A stretch of DNA of 64,000 nucleotides. Origin: Clostridia bacterium. GTDB lineage: Bacteria > Bacillota > Clostridia > Oscillospirales > Acutalibacteraceae. Shown in pieces: positions 60,393 through 64,000 of this stretch. Position 1 is the first letter of the stretch, and each line of letters opens with the position of its first letter. The notes beneath the pieces were generated by a model. The model had not been told where the DNA came from, did not search any database, and saw nothing but the letters and a program-made list of their open reading frames with translations. Location of the stretch: assembly GCA_017481575.1 (NCBI GenBank), contig JAFUPA010000009.1:5058-69057 (forward strand), in the 5' to 3' direction. A program made the position numbers and the translations under genes.

Positions 60393-60463
60393 TTTAAAAG
60401 AAATCCACAACCCCCAATTTGTCGGGATAACTGTCCGCTTGCTTTAATATAACATAAACATTT

Positions 60464-60503
60464 AATCCTTTCGCTTCAATTTCGAGGGGATTTTTGTATA
60501 TTT
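60464..60503 (+). terminator. Candidate intrinsic terminator inside the long intergenic region
   Basis: AATCCTTTCG-cttcaattt-CGAGGGGATT (two G-U pairs) followed by TTTGTATATTT. Confidence 0.45.
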
Positions 60504-60547
60504 AACTTGTTGTTGATTTTTCATCGACTTTGTGTTAAACTAATACT

Positions 60548-60700
60548 GCCAAACTAATTAAATATAACAAAACAAGCATTATTTCAAAGGGAATAGTGTT
60601 TCTTTTGACGTGCTGTTTTTACTTGTGTAATGAATTTGATAAAATGCAAATTCCATCAATGCGAGTAAAAATAAGGCTTGTTATATTGAATTAGTTTGGC
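60548..60700. repeat. 23-bp inverted repeat pair (1 mismatch) flanking a 107-nt AT-rich segment
   Basis: Left arm GCCAAACTAATTAAATATAACAA (60548-60570). The reverse complement of the right arm 60678-60700 is GCCAAACTAATTCAATATAACAA. Confidence 0.85.
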
Positions 60701-60722
60701 GACTATCGGAGTTTGCGTTTTT

Positions 60723-60757
60723 GTGCGGCTGCTTCGGTGGTCGCACTTTTTATTTTT
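60723..60757 (+). terminator. Leader terminator immediately upstream of the RBS of the large secreted-protein gene
   Basis: GTGCGGCTGC-ttcg-GTGGTCGCAC (10 bp, 3 G-U pairs, UUCG loop) followed by TTTTTATTTTT. RBS AAGGAG begins at 60758. Confidence 0.6.
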
Positions 60758-60771
60758 AAGGAGATGTATTT

Positions 60772-63700
60772 GTGAAAAGAAAGGTGAAACGAATTTTAGC
60801 ATCACTGCTCGCTGTTGTTCTGTTCCTGACTGCCGCACCTCTTGCGGATTTGGTCGGTCTTGAGTATGGGTTAAAAGCTGAAGCGGCAAGCTACAAGACG
60901 GGGGATATTATCACCTTCGGTATGTATCCTCAAAACTATGTTGAAGATTCATATCTCCGCGCCCGTCTTGCAGAGCAAGAATATGATTCTAAAGGTGTGC
61001 TTTATTATGAGGGGCAGGAATATATCAAAATAGGCACAGCGTTTTATTATTATGAACCTATCACATGGCGGGTTTTGTCGGTTGACAGTGACGGGTTATA
61101 TGTTATGGCAGAAAAGATTCTCGACTGTCAGCCTTATCATCAATCATATACAAGTATAACTTGGGCAGATTGTTCCCTCCGAACTTGGCTTAATACCGAG
61201 TTTTATAATATGGCGTTTTCATCCTCTGAAAAGCAGAAAATCAATCTTACACATCTTGTAAACGGTGATAATCCTTGGCACGGCACTTACGGTGGCATTG
61301 ACACTTACGACCGTGTTTTTGTCCCGTCTGTAGCTGATGTGCTTGAATCAGCTAAGGGTTTTTCTTCAGATGTGAGTGATTACGACAGTGCACGAAGGGC
61401 AAAGGTTACTAAGTTTGCCGAACGCAGGGGAGTTTATGTTAGTACGAGTGCTTCATATTACGGCAATGGTTATTGGTGGTTGCGTACTCCCGGCAGGCAC
61501 AGTGGTAGCGCCTGCTTTGTCTACTATAGTGGCTACGTCAGTGGCAGTGGCTTCAGTGTGAATGGCAGTGATTACGGCGTTCGTCCCGCTTTAAAACTCA
61601 ATCTTCAATCTTTGCAAGAAAATCAAGTCATTACCGGCACATTTGAATCTTATGTTACTACCGTTGTAATTGATAGCGAGCATTGGGTTTCAAAAATCAG
61701 AATTGACGGTACAGACTATGATGTTCAGAAAGGTTTAATAAAAACAATTCCGGAAGCGGAAAGCTATAAGAATAAATTTGTTACGGCATACCTTGATGAG
61801 AATGGCGAAGTATACAGTATTGAAGTAGATGTGGAAAAGAAAGTAAACGAAGAAAACTGGTATCAATCTGAAAGCGGAACAGATACAAATTACGGAGTTA
61901 AGTCAAGCAAGGCGACAAAAGCATCACAAGTACTTGAAGCAACAAATGACTTTGTAAACGCTATGCAAAGCTATCTTGATATGCTTGGTGACGAAGTTGA
62001 TGAAGATGCAGAAATAGTAAATGTTGACGATATTGTAAAAGAGCTGAAAAACAAAAATCACGCATATTTTTCTTTAACAAATGCACCCGAAGCTGCCGAA
62101 GAAAGCGTGTATTATGCTGTTGCAAACTTTATTAAAGATGTAGCAAACGATAATAAAATTTATCTGAAATTAAATACTGACGATACAGAAGAACAACAAG
62201 CTGTTTCAATGCTCAAATCATTGATGAGTTGTTTCTTCAGAACAACAAAGGTATATTACCACGGCAATTATAAGGTTACTCTTAAAGACATATATCTCGC
62301 AGGACAGGCATTTTTCGGAACAATAACTGTGGAAAAATATAAAGGTAGTGACAAGGGCACGAAATACACAGGTGCACTTGTTTCAAGCACAGAAAGAACA
62401 AAAGAAGTGTTGGTTGCTTATGTCAATAATTTGAGTGATATTGTTCAAGATGAATGTAAATATGCTCTTGCACAAATTCAGTCGGATTTTATGAATGTAA
62501 CAGGTCTTGCAGAACTCAGCGAGAGTGCTTTGAATGAATATTTTACCGACAAATCCGCAGCCCTTTTAAAAGGCAAATACGGTGACGTATTAAAAATGTT
62601 CATCAACATAAAGAGAAGCTATGATGCAATCGATGGCTTTAAGAACTTTTGCAAGTCATATGACGCTGATGACTGGTTGTCGTATAACAATATGCAAAAT
62701 ACACTTAACTTAAAAAGTGAACTTGATAAACTTAATGTGGACTATTCTTTAAAAGGAACTGAAAAGTGGTGTGTTAAATCAGCCATTAAAACAGTAGAAG
62801 ATGCAAAGAAAAAGTTAAGTGACGCATTGTATAATTATATATATGGTGTTGATACCGGCGACCCTGAAAATATGAGCGGTTGGGATAAATTCTGGAGTGG
62901 TAATTGGAATTGCTCAACTGTTCAATGTCCTGTCGAGTTTGAGGTATATGATTCACAGGGCAATATTTTAGGATATGTTGACAGTTCAGAAAACCATAGC
63001 GAATATATTGACTATACAGATGACATTATTATTGATGTTGTAAATGATGTTAAATATATTTATTATCCGTCTGATATGGAAATATCAATCAAATTTACCG
63101 CAATTGATGACGGACAGATGAATTATTCGATTGAGCAGTTTACAGACGGAGTACCCACAGGGAAAATAAATTATTTTGATATTCCTCTCACTCTTGATGA
63201 GCAGTTTGAACAGACGATTCCTGCAAGTGCTGATCTTACAGAAACCGTCGAAACACTTAATTTTGAAACGTCTGATACAGTTGTTAACGGTGAATACATA
63301 AGTGCGGAAGAAGAAGCATATGTTACTGTAAACTGTCAGTCAGACATTCAAGGCTTTGCAATCGGCGGTGGTGAATATCCGCTTGGCTCGTCTGTAAAAA
63401 TGATGGCTTTTGCTGATGAGGGTTGTGAGTTCCAAGGTTGGTATATAGGTGAAAGCTTGGTTTCAACTGCTGTAGTATATCAGTTTACAGCAACTGAAGA
63501 TGTAGAGATTGTCGCTTTATTTGACGAAATACACGATGTTCACACATTCGTTGACGGTATGTGTACAGTTTGCGGAGATGTAACTGATACTCCGTCAAGT
63601 ATTCAAAATGTGACTTATGTTCAGCAAGAAGATACACACAAGACATTTGCTGTAACCTGCAACGGCAGAGCACAGATGATACAGTTTATTGAGCCTGACG

Positions 63701-64000
63701 GTGGCACAAGAACTTATGACAGATACAACAAAAACGTATCAATCACAAGTTATGATGCAGACGGTAATGAAGTAAGTGCATTGAGCCGTGACCTCTCCTA
63801 TGAGGTATGGGAGATTTACACAAATTTAAGTGTTGGTACAACCGTTATGCTTCGTGCAAAGTTTGATAGCGTATGGGAAACAGATAAACGCACATTGTTT
63901 GTTGAAGAATATAACCCCGTAATTTCAATGGAACTTTCAGCAACAAGCGGCAAGAAAGGCGCAGTTCCTGCAACAGTAGTTGCTGACGAAAAGACTGAAA
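60772..64000 (+). CDS. Large secreted multidomain surface protein (N-terminal DUF6273-like domain), more than 1076 aa; 3' end beyond the window
   Basis: Own translation from GTG 60772 (8 nt after AAGGAG). Signal peptide VKRKVKRILASLLAVVLFLTAAPLA...AEA. DUF6273-like motifs (ITWRVL, CSLRTWLN, GYWWLRTPG, GVRPALKLN). A later repeat-like segment reads GGGEYPLGSSVKMMAFADEGCEFQGWY. The frame is open to nt 63999. Absent from the track because no stop falls in the window. Confidence 0.85.
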   Translation, partial: MKRKVKRILASLLAVVLFLTAAPLADLVGLEYGLKAEAASYKTGDIITFGMYPQNYVEDSYLRARLAEQEYDSKGVLYYEGQEYIKIGTAFYYYEPITWRVLSVDSDGLYVMAEKILDCQPYHQSYTSITWADCSLRTWLNTEFYNMAFSSSEKQKINLTHLVNGDNPWHGTYGGIDTYDRVFVPSVADVLESAKGFSSDVSDYDSARRAKVTKFAERRGVYVSTSASYYGNGYWWLRTPGRHSGSACFVYYSGYVSGSGFSVNGSDYGVRPALKLNLQSLQENQVITGTFESYVTTVVIDSEHWVSKIRIDGTDYDVQKGLIKTIPEAESYKNKFVTAYLDENGEVYSIEVDVEKKVNEENWYQSESGTDTNYGVKSSKATKASQVLEATNDFVNAMQSYLDMLGDEVDEDAEIVNVDDIVKELKNKNHAYFSLTNAPEAAEESVYYAVANFIKDVANDNKIYLKLNTDDTEEQQAVSMLKSLMSCFFRTTKVYYHGNYKVTLKDIYLAGQAFFGTITVEKYKGSDKGTKYTGALVSSTERTKEVLVAYVNNLSDIVQDECKYALAQIQSDFMNVTGLAELSESALNEYFTDKSAALLKGKYGDVLKMFINIKRSYDAIDGFKNFCKSYDADDWLSYNNMQNTLNLKSELDKLNVDYSLKGTEKWCVKSAIKTVEDAKKKLSDALYNYIYGVDTGDPENMSGWDKFWSGNWNCSTVQCPVEFEVYDSQGNILGYVDSSENHSEYIDYTDDIIIDVVNDVKYIYYPSDMEISIKFTAIDDGQMNYSIEQFTDGVPTGKINYFDIPLTLDEQFEQTIPASADLTETVETLNFETSDTVVNGEYISAEEEAYVTVNCQSDIQGFAIGGGEYPLGSSVKMMAFADEGCEFQGWYIGESLVSTAVVYQFTATEDVEIVALFDEIHDVHTFVDGMCTVCGDVTDTPSSIQNVTYVQQEDTHKTFAVTCNGRAQMIQFIEPDGGTRTYDRYNKNVSITSYDADGNEVSALSRDLSYEVWEIYTNLSVGTTVMLRAKFDSVWETDKRTLFVEEYNPVISMELSATSGKKGAVPATVVADEKTE

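Noticed and set aside
60548-60700. MITE or insertion-element interpretation of the IR-flanked 153-nt segment
   Set aside because: I found no convincing target-site duplication flanking the arms, no second copy in the window and no transposase. An invertible or structured regulatory element fits its position better, though a MITE cannot be fully excluded without genome-wide copy counts.
60656-60889. 77-aa minus-strand ORF across the leader and start of the surface-protein gene; also 61376..61561 plus
   Set aside because: The first is antisense to the signal-peptide region and the leader terminator. The second is an alternative frame inside the long open frame that starts at 60772.

Overview
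This window is a densely coding (about 62 protein genes) chromosomal segment from a spore-forming, moderately low-GC Firmicute. The gene content looks clostridial: spoIIAA-spoIIAB-sigF, spoIID, bofA, a T-box leader and a 2x[4Fe-4S] ferredoxin. Most of it is housekeeping. That includes valS, metG-tatD, folC, proBAC, thyA-folA, obg, mrnC, rsmI, holB, darA and ricT, plus citrate synthase. Carbohydrate genes are interspersed: two GH2 enzymes, GH95-like and GH127 enzymes, an MFS transporter, three GT2-type glycosyltransferases and a mannonate/KDG operon. I found no rRNA, tRNA, CRISPR array, transposase, integrase, phage gene or recognisable defence system. Three real genes are missing from the ORF track. 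Two run off the window edges (1-1662 minus; 60772-64000 plus), and a 56-aa ferredoxin (40613-40783) falls below the length cutoff. The most unusual region is the 840-nt non-coding gap at 59931-60771. It holds clustered GC-rich palindromic repeat modules (a related copy lies at 9921-10063). It also holds a 23-bp inverted repeat flanking a 107-nt segment, which is a candidate invertible switch. Finally, an intrinsic terminator sits directly in front of the RBS of a very large secreted protein gene. Other leads are a mannonate/KDG operon that lacks uxaC and is led by a TIM-barrel/Gfo-Idh-MocA fusion, with an AT-rich GT2 gene inserted in it. There is also an orphan strong promoter paired with a terminator at 57910-58009, and a Cys/Tyr/acidic 60-aa ORF appended to the spoIIA operon. 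All calls come from reading the sequence and recalling protein-family motifs; no searches were run.
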